A stretch of DNA of 64,000 nt, from NCBI GenBank assembly GCA_963763995.1, contig CAVXQL010000010.1:24187-88186 (forward strand), written 5' to 3'. The notes under the pieces are model-generated. The model did no database searches, was not told the origin of the DNA, and worked only from the letters and a program-made list of their open reading frames with translations. This DNA is from an uncultured Verrucomicrobiae bacterium (lineage in GTDB: Bacteria > Verrucomicrobiota > Verrucomicrobiia > Chthoniobacterales > UBA10450). The translations under genes and the position numbers were made by a program. Of this stretch, positions 37,649 through 45,909 are shown one piece after another (position 1 is the stretch's first letter; every line of letters starts with the position of its first letter).

Positions 37649-39703
37649 TTACGGCCGCGGTGCGAGCGAGGCGACAATTTGATCGAAGCGCGGATCCCCT
37701 CGCAACGGATCCCAAAACGGATCAAGCCGGATTTCGCCGTAGGACACGCCGGCCGGCATCTTGGCGAGAATTTTGAGTTGCTCGATCGCCAGGTTGCGCT
37801 CACCGATCCACGCGCAGATCACCGCATAGTAATAAAGAATCTCCGTGCCGTTGAGCGCGTCTTTCGTTACCGGTAGAAGCTTGATTGCCCGGCGCGCCTT
37901 GTCGAGCGCCTCTTCTTTTCGTCCGAGCGAAGCATCGATCAACCCGAGGAAGCAGAGCTCGGAGCCGTCGTTAGGGTCGGACTGGACGAGTTTCTCCTGC
38001 TGCGAGCGCGCGTTCTCAAATGCGGCGCGGGCACCGGCTGCGTCTCCTTTCATCCGGGCAACCAACCCTTGCGCGTAGGCTCGGTTGAACTCGACCGCGC
38101 CTATGCTTCTTCCGCGCAACGTACTCTCGACCAGTGTTCCCAGGACTTGATCGGCGGCGACGGGATCACGCCGGTACAAATCGACAAAGAAACGCCCGCG
38201 TGCCAAATCTCCCGCTGACGCGGGGTCGTCCGCGAGAATCTTTTCGAGAGCGGCGCGCCATGATCGCGTGTCAGCTTGTTCATGGAAATCGATCCAACCG
38301 GGAAGCAGAAGGGTGTAGTTGTTCTTTGATTCAAGGGTTAGGCCACGAGCGGCTACCTCTCTGGCTTGTTTATATTCGCGCGAACAAAGAAAAGTGAATC
38401 CAGCGCCGAAAAGGAGATCACGGTTTCGCGGATCCAACTCCATCGCGCGCATGAAGTCGTGCCCGGCTTCCGACCAACGCCCCTGTCTTCGATCAATGTA
38501 GCCGCGCCATTCGAAGATGCGTGCATTGTTTGGCATCGTGCGGACGGCAATGGCAAGCTCATCCCGGGCGTGGTCGTAATCGAGGTAGCCGTAATATAAG
38601 TGCACCGCCAGGGCGAGATGTGCTTCGCCCGAATCTGGTTTCAATCGGAAAGCCGAATTGATCGCAGCGTTGGCCAGGGCCAGGCGCTCGGGCGTGTGAT
38701 CGATGTCGTTCCAATAGATCTCGTCGTGGGCCTCCGCCAACTCGCAATATGCCAGAAGAAAGGCCGGGTCCCGGGCGATCGCCTGGTTGAGCAATTCCAC
38801 AGCTTGGAAAAGGTTTTTCGCGCTGTTGAGGCCGTAGTATGAGGCCTCATCGACCCAGGACCTGGCGTGAACATAGAAGTCGTAGGCGACAATGTCCTTG
38901 GTTGGTCGCTCTTCAATGGCTGCTCTTTCGCTAAGCGAGAGCTTCGCCTGAAGCTGATCGGCGATAGCCTTGGCAATCTCGCTTTGAATGGCGAATACAT
39001 CGGCGAGGTCACGGTCGTAACTCTGCGCCCACAGTTGCGTGTCGGTTCTGGCATCAATCAATTCTGCGTTCACTCGCACCTTTCCGTCGGCGCGTTGGAC
39101 ACGACCTTCCAGCAGATACGTTACGCCGAGTTGTTTTCCGATCTCGCGCAGATTCCGAGCAATCCCGCTTTTGTACTGCATCACGCTCGTATGGCTTATC
39201 ACTTTCAAGTCTGCGATCTTGGCGAGATCGGTCAGAATTTCGTTCTGCACCCCGTCGGCAAAATATGCGTTCTCTTGGTTCGCACTGAGGTTTTCGAATG
39301 GCAGCACCGCGATGCTTTTGTCTGGAACCGAGGGCGCACTGGGAGAAACAATCGGATGAATTCGCTCGAAAATCAGAATCGCGACGACGACGAGCAGGAC
39401 ACCGATAATCAGAAAATCGAGCTTGCGACCGGTCCGGCGGGTGATGGCCTCGTTAGGCGCGATCTGTTCGGTGCGCTTGATTCCTTCGGGGGTCATTTCG
39501 AATATCCAGGAGAAAATCAGCGCTATCGGAAAACCGATTGCTGACAGGAGAACAACAAGCCGAACCGCCCAATTGGGGATGTCGAAGAACGGAAAGACCT
39601 GGCTCGCAATTTGTATGAGCAGCCATGCGACAACGCCGTAGGCCATCGCAACCCTGTAAACGTTGCGCCGCCTTAGCTCGGCCAAGAAGTTATTCAGACG
39701 CAC
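37649..39703 (-). CDS. membrane-anchored TolB-N-like plus TPR-repeat protein
   Basis: 684 aa. N-terminal RRNVYRVAMAYGVVAWLLIQIA helix, SIAVLPFENLS...FADGVQNEILTDLAKI module, then multiple TPR repeats. Confidence 0.75.
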   Translation of the reverse strand: MRLNNFLAELRRRNVYRVAMAYGVVAWLLIQIASQVFPFFDIPNWAVRLVVLLSAIGFPIALIFSWIFEMTPEGIKRTEQIAPNEAITRRTGRKLDFLIIGVLLVVVAILIFERIHPIVSPSAPSVPDKSIAVLPFENLSANQENAYFADGVQNEILTDLAKIADLKVISHTSVMQYKSGIARNLREIGKQLGVTYLLEGRVQRADGKVRVNAELIDARTDTQLWAQSYDRDLADVFAIQSEIAKAIADQLQAKLSLSERAAIEERPTKDIVAYDFYVHARSWVDEASYYGLNSAKNLFQAVELLNQAIARDPAFLLAYCELAEAHDEIYWNDIDHTPERLALANAAINSAFRLKPDSGEAHLALAVHLYYGYLDYDHARDELAIAVRTMPNNARIFEWRGYIDRRQGRWSEAGHDFMRAMELDPRNRDLLFGAGFTFLCSREYKQAREVAARGLTLESKNNYTLLLPGWIDFHEQADTRSWRAALEKILADDPASAGDLARGRFFVDLYRRDPVAADQVLGTLVESTLRGRSIGAVEFNRAYAQGLVARMKGDAAGARAAFENARSQQEKLVQSDPNDGSELCFLGLIDASLGRKEEALDKARRAIKLLPVTKDALNGTEILYYYAVICAWIGERNLAIEQLKILAKMPAGVSYGEIRLDPFWDPLRGDPRFDQIVASLAPRP

Positions 39704-39748
39704 TGCCTGGTTTATCCGAAAATTTCACGGATCCACGACAAGTCCATC

Positions 39749-41512
39749 TTACAATACTTCGTCCCACTTCGCCTGATCCTTGAGCATGATCTCGCGCAGC
39801 AGCCGGAGTGGAGGCATGCCGTGCTTGAGCATTTCGTCGTGGAATTTTTTCAGGGAGAAATTCTCGCCTTCCTGCGCCTTGTAATCTTCGCGCAGCTTCA
39901 GGATCTGCCACTTTCCCAGCGTGTAGTTCAAGTAGCCCGGATCGAAGGTGCCGCGCATCGCTTCGGAGCGGGCCGGTTTCTCCTCATAATAGCAATTATC
40001 CTGGAAAAATTTCGTCGCCTCATCCACCGACATGCCCTGTGTGTGCATCTTGATCGAAACGCAGAGCCGGCACAGGCGCAGAAGCGCTTCATCGGCCTGC
40101 GCCATCCGATATTTGGCCGCGCGAACCGTCTGCTCGGGTGTCGCGTCGGAACAATTACAACTGCCGAAGCCTTCATCGAGCATCATCTTTTCTGTGTAGT
40201 GCGCCCAGCCTTCGATAAAGGCGTAGCTTCCGAAAATCTTCTCAAGTTTCGTCGCGGACGAAGCGTTCAAATGCAGGAATTGGACGTAATGCCCCGGGTA
40301 GGCTTCGTGAATCGAGACGAGATCGCTGGTGTAATAGTTGAACGATGTGAGCCATTCCTCTTTTTGTTTCTCCGGCCAATCCTTTTCCGCTGGAGTGACA
40401 TAATAAAAAGCTTCGGTCGCCTTCTTCTCGAACGGCCCGGGCGTGTCCATCGACGCGAAACTGGTTGCACGGGAAAATTGCGGCGTCTCGGTGACCTTTG
40501 GGCGCACGTCGGATGGAATCGCGATGATCTTATGATCGACCAGATATTTGCGAATCTTGTCCAGATCCTTGGCTACGTCCGGAATCAAGCTGTCCGGCTT
40601 GGGATGTTCTTTCTGGATCTCCTTGAAAACTTCGATCGGCGACTTTTGCGGGTCGATGATTTTCGCGGCTGCGGCAAAGATATCCTGCTCCTCTTTCAAT
40701 TTTTGCAGTCCCATCTCGAGGATTTTCTCCGGCGGGAGGTCAACCAATTCCGTGTTCGCGAGCAGCCGCCGATATTTTTCCTTGCCTAGCGCGAAGTCCG
40801 GTGTCGCCTTGGGCAGTTTCTCTTTTGTGAGCCAGCTGGCGTAGTCCTCGAGCGCCGCCGTCGCCTTGCGGTTTGTGTGACGAAATTGAGCGCTGAGCTG
40901 CTCGTCCTTCAGATCCTTGAGCGCCTCAACCAAATCCTTTCGCAGAAAATCCGCGGAGCCTCGCGCGATCTGGATGGCTAGCTCAACGAGCGGCTTTGGT
41001 AGCGTCTCCTGCAAATTGGTTCTTGCTGCAAGCATGATATTTGGAACCTGATTCTCGATCGCGATAATGCTGTGCACGCGATCCTCGAGCGGCGCGAAGT
41101 TGCGCTTGACGTAAATATTGATGTCGAAGCCGGCGACATACGTCATCGGATTTCGCTCGTAGGTCCCCATATCCTGAATCTTGAAGAGGTCACCTCTGAT
41201 CGCCGCCAGCAGGATGCGGAGGTCGACTGAGGCACGCGGACTTAGCTTGCTCGGATCGAATTTCTGGAGGCGGTCGAGAAAGCGTTGCAGTCGGGCAATC
41301 TCAGCATCGATCGCGAGCCGATTATAATCGGTAATCTTGCCATCATATTGATGGAAACCGAGCGCGGTCGCCCGAAGCGGCCTCGCCGCCAGGTAACCTT
41401 GGATGTATTCCTCAGCGACCTTATCGAAAACGGCATCCTCGTTCTCTGCAGCGCCAAGATTACCGAAACCTGCGACCAGGCAGGTCAGAGAAAGAATCAG
41501 CAATTTTCTCAT
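39749..41512 (-). CDS. DUF885-family secreted protein
   Basis: Start taken at ATG 41512 (MRKLLILSLTCLVAGFGNLGA signal peptide). Contains the HEAYPGHYVQ motif. Confidence 0.85.
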   Translation of the reverse strand: MRKLLILSLTCLVAGFGNLGAAENEDAVFDKVAEEYIQGYLAARPLRATALGFHQYDGKITDYNRLAIDAEIARLQRFLDRLQKFDPSKLSPRASVDLRILLAAIRGDLFKIQDMGTYERNPMTYVAGFDINIYVKRNFAPLEDRVHSIIAIENQVPNIMLAARTNLQETLPKPLVELAIQIARGSADFLRKDLVEALKDLKDEQLSAQFRHTNRKATAALEDYASWLTKEKLPKATPDFALGKEKYRRLLANTELVDLPPEKILEMGLQKLKEEQDIFAAAAKIIDPQKSPIEVFKEIQKEHPKPDSLIPDVAKDLDKIRKYLVDHKIIAIPSDVRPKVTETPQFSRATSFASMDTPGPFEKKATEAFYYVTPAEKDWPEKQKEEWLTSFNYYTSDLVSIHEAYPGHYVQFLHLNASSATKLEKIFGSYAFIEGWAHYTEKMMLDEGFGSCNCSDATPEQTVRAAKYRMAQADEALLRLCRLCVSIKMHTQGMSVDEATKFFQDNCYYEEKPARSEAMRGTFDPGYLNYTLGKWQILKLREDYKAQEGENFSLKKFHDEMLKHGMPPLRLLREIMLKDQAKWDEVL

Positions 41513-41599
41513 ATTCAGATTGCGCAGGAATCTAGGGAAATGAATTCCCGGGCGCATCTCTTATTTGTGAGATGACAACCGAGAGCTGTGATTTGCAGG

Positions 41600-41696
41600 G
41601 TAGGGACAGCGCGCTGCGCTGTCCGAATCGCTGGGTCGGGAGACTGTGCGGCTCCGTGGACGCCGCCGGCTCCGGATATACGCGCGGCGTCCCTAC
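41600..41696. repeat. REPIN-like doublet of inverted GTAG-hairpin units
   Basis: Unit 1 is GTAGGGACAGCGC-gct-GCGCTGTCC (41600-41624). Unit 2 is the reverse-oriented GGACGCCGC...GCGGCGTCCCTAC (41658-41696). Confidence 0.7.
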
Positions 41697-41783
41697 CAAC
41701 ACAGCGTTCGCCTGGCGATACGAGGTCCCAATTGATAAAATTTCGCCGTGGACGATGATTGCTGTCCCGAAGAATCCTATAGC

Positions 41784-43085
41784 ATGAAGCGCCCCCTTTT
41801 CTTTAGCACGCTCGTTGGCCTGCTTGGTTTAAGCGTTTTTTTCGCCGTCCACTTCAATAGCGCGCGCGCCGCGGACACAGACGACGATTCCGGTTACTCT
41901 CAGATCGCGGTCTTTGCCCGGGCGGTGCAATTAATCAGGCAGGACTACGTCGACGGCAACAAGGTCAGCTACCAGGGATTAATTTACGCGGCGCTGAGAG
42001 GGATGCTCTCATCGCTCGATCCGCACAGTCAATTTCTGGATCCAAACGACTTTAAGGACATGCAGGACGACACCCGTAGCCGCTTCAACGGGCTCGGCAT
42101 CGAGGTCTCGGTAAAGAATGGAGTACTTACCGTAATCGCTCCAATGGAGGGCACGCCGGCCGCGAAAGCGGGAATCGTTTCCGGCGATCAGATTTTGAAA
42201 ATCAACGGGTCTTCGACGGAACGAATGGAGCTCCAGGACGCGGTCAACGTCCTGCGCGGGCGTCCGGGTCAGCCGGCCACGCTGACGATCCTCCATCCCT
42301 CGACCAAGGAGATCAAAGAATACAAACTCGATCGCGCCGAGATCAAGATCGAGAGCGTGAAGGGCGCGCGGTTGCTGGATCCGGAGCTAAGCGGACAATT
42401 CAAGATCGGTTACGTGCGGCTGGTGCAATTCAACGATCCGACCGCCGAGGAACTATCGAAAGCGCTCGATGAGCTGCAGAAGCAGGGAATGCAGGGGCTC
42501 ATCCTCGACCTGCGGAATAATCCCGGCGGTCTTTTGAACAGTGCCGTCGATGTCTGTGCGCAATTTCTTCCGCCGGGAACGCAAGTCGTTTCCACGCAAG
42601 GCCGCACGGCCTCGCAGCAGCGCGATTACGCCACGTCATCTAGCACGAAGGAGCGGCCGCGTTTTCCGCTGGCTGTTCTGGTCAACGAGGGCAGCGCGAG
42701 CGGGGCAGAAATTGTTTCTGGTGCGCTGAAGGATTTGCATCGTGCCGTCATCGTCGGCGAGACTACCTTCGGAAAGGGCTCCGTGCAAAACGTAATGCAA
42801 TTGCCGGACGGCTCGGCGTTGCGCTTTACGACTGCGAAATATTACACTCCCGGCAAGCAGGTCATCCAGGGCAACGGAATTGTCCCAAATATTCGGGTGC
42901 CGATGACAAATGAACAGGAGCGGATGCTTTTCTCACTCAGGAGTTCGGGCAACGTGAAACCGGAGGAAGAAAAAGCACTCATCAAGACCAAAGATCCGCA
43001 GATGATGCGGGCGATCGACGCGCTCAAGGGCGTCATGATTTACGCCGAACAAACCGCGCCCAAAGTGGAGGGAGCGAAAAAGTAG
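41784..43085 (+). CDS. ctpA: carboxyl-terminal processing (S41) peptidase
   Basis: Start taken at ATG 41784, followed by a signal peptide. PDZ domain (GIEVSVKNGVLTVIAPMEGTPAAKAGI) and catalytic region ILDLRNNPGG ... GSASGAEIV. Confidence 0.9.
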   Translation: MKRPLFFSTLVGLLGLSVFFAVHFNSARAADTDDDSGYSQIAVFARAVQLIRQDYVDGNKVSYQGLIYAALRGMLSSLDPHSQFLDPNDFKDMQDDTRSRFNGLGIEVSVKNGVLTVIAPMEGTPAAKAGIVSGDQILKINGSSTERMELQDAVNVLRGRPGQPATLTILHPSTKEIKEYKLDRAEIKIESVKGARLLDPELSGQFKIGYVRLVQFNDPTAEELSKALDELQKQGMQGLILDLRNNPGGLLNSAVDVCAQFLPPGTQVVSTQGRTASQQRDYATSSSTKERPRFPLAVLVNEGSASGAEIVSGALKDLHRAVIVGETTFGKGSVQNVMQLPDGSALRFTTAKYYTPGKQVIQGNGIVPNIRVPMTNEQERMLFSLRSSGNVKPEEEKALIKTKDPQMMRAIDALKGVMIYAEQTAPKVEGAKK

Positions 43086-43095
43086 CAGCGCGCTC

Positions 43096-43203
43096 GTCAT
43101 TCCGAGCGCAACGTACTGGAGTCGAGGAATCCCGGCGCGCTCCGAGAAGGTAGGAGAACGCGCGGTTGGTGGTGTGGGATGTCTCGACGACGCTCGACAT
43201 GAC
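43096..43203. repeat. MITE-like palindromic element, copy C
   Basis: GTCATTCCGAGCG...GTCGAGGAATCCC...TCTCGACGACGCTCGACATGAC. Its terminal ATG (43199-43201) is the tsaD start codon. Confidence 0.75.
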
Positions 43204-44261
43204 GATTCTAGCGCTGGAGACATCTTGTGACGAAACCGCTGTCGCCATCTTGCGCGAGAAAGAATTGCTTGCCAGCGAAGTGGCTTCGCAAATCGGCCGA
43301 GCACCAGCCCTACGGCGGCGTGGTTCCCGAAGTTGCCTCGCGAAATCATCTCAGGCACGCGCCGCTGCTGCTTGAGCGCGCGATAAAACGAGCTGGAATT
43401 TCGCTCGCGGAAATTGATGGCTTTGCCGCGACCAGTGGACCGGGCCTGGCCAGTTCCCTGATGATTGGCACCTCGATTGCCAAGGGTCTTGCCATCGGGT
43501 TCGGCAAACCCTACCTCGCGATCAATCATCTCGAAGGGCACTTGCTTTCGCCATTTTTCGGAGGCGAAATTGAAATCCAGCGAAATGTTTCATTGATCGT
43601 TAGCGGCGGGCACACGCTGCTGATCGAAGTAAATGGGATGGCCGATTACCGTCTGCTCGGACGTACGGTCGACGATGCTGCGGGAGAGGCGTTCGATAAA
43701 GTGGCGAAGATGCTCGGCCTCGGTTATCCGGGCGGACCAGAAATTGAAATGCGAGCGCGCGCCGGCGATCCGACGCGGTTCGATTTGCCGCGGAGCATGC
43801 TCGACTCCGGCGACCACAATTTCAGTTTCAGCGGGTTAAAAACAGCCATGCGCTACCTGCTGGCGAAGCTTGTTATCCCCAGTGAAGTCGAGGGATCCCG
43901 GGGAGCTTCCAGTAACATGGCGGGATCCCTCGGCTTCGCTCTGGATGACAAGCTGTTAGCCGACCTCTGCGCCTCTTTTCAGCGTGCGGTGATCGAAGTG
44001 CTCGTGCGAAAAACGCTGAAAGCAGCACGCGCCTGCCGGTTAAAAGTCGTGACGGTGAGCGGCGGTGTAAGTTGTAATCGGGAATTGCGAGTTCAGGTGA
44101 CCACAGCCTGCGAGCGCGAAGCAATCCAGGTTCTTTTTGCCGCACCCGAGCTCTGCACCGATAACGCGGCGATGATTGCTTTCGTCGCTGCGTTACGCCT
44201 CGATGCGGGATTTGGCTCCAACGTCACGGACGAAATCGATCCGAATCTCGCGCTCGCGTGA
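43199..44261 (+). CDS. tsaD: tRNA N6-adenosine threonylcarbamoyltransferase TsaD; frame interrupted by one extra base at 43295
   Basis: MTILALETSCDETAVAILREKELLASEVASQI (frame of ORF 43166..43375) continues as AEHQPYGGVVPEVASRNHL... in ORF 43227..44261. Deleting G43295 gives a colinear TsaD. A 26-codon repeat insertion is also present (43872-43949). Confidence 0.9.
43872..43949. repeat. MITE-like palindromic element, copy D, inserted in frame inside tsaD
   Basis: GTTATCCCCAGTGAAGTCGAGGGATCCC...GGGATCCCTCGGCTTCGCTCTGGATGAC. It is 78 bp, exactly 26 codons, and reads VIPSEVEGSRGASSNMAGSLGFALDD. Confidence 0.8.
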
Positions 44262-44271
44262 TTTCCACTCA

Positions 44272-45153
44272 CTAATACTCGCGTTCAAGAAGGTAATTCG
44301 ATAACGCATGCAATGCCTCGGCTCTTGTACCGAATACCGGCAATGAATTGTGCGCCCGGCGCGTCAGTTTCCTAGCCTCCATGCGCGATTGTTCAAGCCC
44401 GATCACGGCGGGATACGTCGCCTTCTTCGCGGCGATGTCTTTCCCGGCGCTCTTCCCCAGCTTCTCGGAAGTCTGCGTGACGTCGAGAATGTCGTCGATC
44501 ACCTGGAAAGCCAAGCCGAGCGCGCGACCAAATTTTGTGATTGCGGCCATCTGTTTTTCGTTCGCGTTGGCGCTCATCGCGCCGAGTCGGACCGATGTCG
44601 TCAGAATGGCAGCCGTCTTGTTTTCGTGGATGTAACGAAGTTGCGCGCGATCCGTCTTGTGACCTTCGGCTTCGAGATCAGCGACTTGACCAGCGATCAG
44701 TCTTCGGCTGCCCGCTGCGACGGCGAGTTCGCTCATGATCTGGCGAAGATTGTAGCGTCGAGTCGGCGTCGCGTTTGCGGCAATTTCGAATGCGACGGTC
44801 AAGAGCGCGTCGCCGGCGAGAATCGCGACCCCGTCGCCAAAAACCTTGTGACATGTCGCGCGGCCGCGCCGGAAGTCATCGTTATCCATGCTCGGCAAAT
44901 CATCGTGCACGAGAGAATACGTATGAATGCACTCGAGCGCGCAGGCGAGCGGAAGCGCGGCGGTCGTTTTTCCCCCGCAGGCTTCCGCCGCCGCCAAACA
45001 GAGGATTGGCCGCAGCCGTTTGCCTCCGGCAAAAAGGCTGTAACGCATCGCCTGGTGGATTGTGGCCGGTTTGGTCGAGGCTTTCGGCAGAAATCGGTCG
45101 AGGGCGTGGTCTACCTCCTTCTGGCGGGTGGCGAGGTAAACGGGCAAGTCCAC
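44272..45153 (-). CDS. ispA: (2E,6E)-farnesyl/geranylgeranyl diphosphate synthase
   Basis: 293 aa with DDxxD motifs LVHDDLPSMDNDDFRRG and QVIDDILD. Confidence 0.9.
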   Translation of the reverse strand: MDLPVYLATRQKEVDHALDRFLPKASTKPATIHQAMRYSLFAGGKRLRPILCLAAAEACGGKTTAALPLACALECIHTYSLVHDDLPSMDNDDFRRGRATCHKVFGDGVAILAGDALLTVAFEIAANATPTRRYNLRQIMSELAVAAGSRRLIAGQVADLEAEGHKTDRAQLRYIHENKTAAILTTSVRLGAMSANANEKQMAAITKFGRALGLAFQVIDDILDVTQTSEKLGKSAGKDIAAKKATYPAVIGLEQSRMEARKLTRRAHNSLPVFGTRAEALHALSNYLLEREY

Positions 45154-45210
45154 GATGGCGCGAGTTTCGAAATTTTCGCGCCTCTGCGCAAATCGAATTA
45201 TCGTTTTGTT

Positions 45211-45284
45211 GTAGCGGCGGTCTCTGACCGTCGCATCCTTCCGCAGGCTTCTGCCAATCGGCGACGGCCAGAGACCGCCGCTAC
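45211..45284. repeat. REPIN-like inverted doublet starting with GTAG
   Basis: GTAGCGGCGGTCTCTGACCGTCGC (45211-45234) matches the reverse complement of GCGACGGCCAGAGACCGCCGCTAC (45261-45284) at 23 of 24 positions, with a 26-nt spacer. It lies in the divergent ispA / ECF sigma intergenic region. Confidence 0.75.
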
Positions 45285-45351
45285 ACGAGGAGATAGTGGC
45301 AAAATACTTCTTAATTTTTTGTAAGCCGGCGGGTTAAGACTGGTGAAGTAA

Positions 45352-45909
45352 ATGCGCGCCGCGAACGAACCGGGATTGGAATCTGACCGGATGCAGGCAC
45401 TTCTTCGCCGTTTTGAACTTCCGCTTTTGCAATATGCCACTCGAATCATGGGCGATCGTGACCGGGCGCGTGACGTTGTGCAGGAAACATTCGTCCAACT
45501 CCAGCGCGATGGCTCTGAACTGCATGACGACGCGCCGGCGAAATGGCTTTTCACCGTTTGCCGCAATCGAGCGCTCAACGTCTGCCGAAAGGAAAAGCGC
45601 ATGACCTACCTTGATCACGAACTTCTGGAAGCGCGCGAAGGTGATGCGCCGCTGCCGTTCGAGCGCATGGAACAACAAGAGGCAAGCGGGTTTTTGCTCC
45701 GCATCGTCGCCACGCTCCCGCCGCGCCAGCAGGAAGTGCTGCAATTGAAATTTCAAAATGACCTCAGTTATCAGGAAATCAGTGAAATCACGAAACTCTC
45801 GGCCAGCAACGTTGGCGTGATCATTCACAACGCGCTCAAGACGCTGCGCGAACGCTATGGGCAAGCTTCGAAGGATTTCCTGCCATTCAACCCACGCATC
45901 GCTTCATGA
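45352..45909 (+). CDS. ECF-type RNA polymerase sigma-70 factor
   Basis: 185 aa with region 2 (DRARDVVQETFVQL) and region 4 (LSYQEISEITKLSASNVGVIIHNALKTLRE). Confidence 0.9.
   Translation: MRAANEPGLESDRMQALLRRFELPLLQYATRIMGDRDRARDVVQETFVQLQRDGSELHDDAPAKWLFTVCRNRALNVCRKEKRMTYLDHELLEAREGDAPLPFERMEQQEASGFLLRIVATLPPRQQEVLQLKFQNDLSYQEISEITKLSASNVGVIIHNALKTLRERYGQASKDFLPFNPRIAS

Noticed and set aside
6701-45284. Could the repeated palindromes be a CRISPR array?
   Set aside because: The copies are kilobases apart, internally palindromic and variable in length. There is no regular repeat-spacer periodicity and no cas gene in the window.
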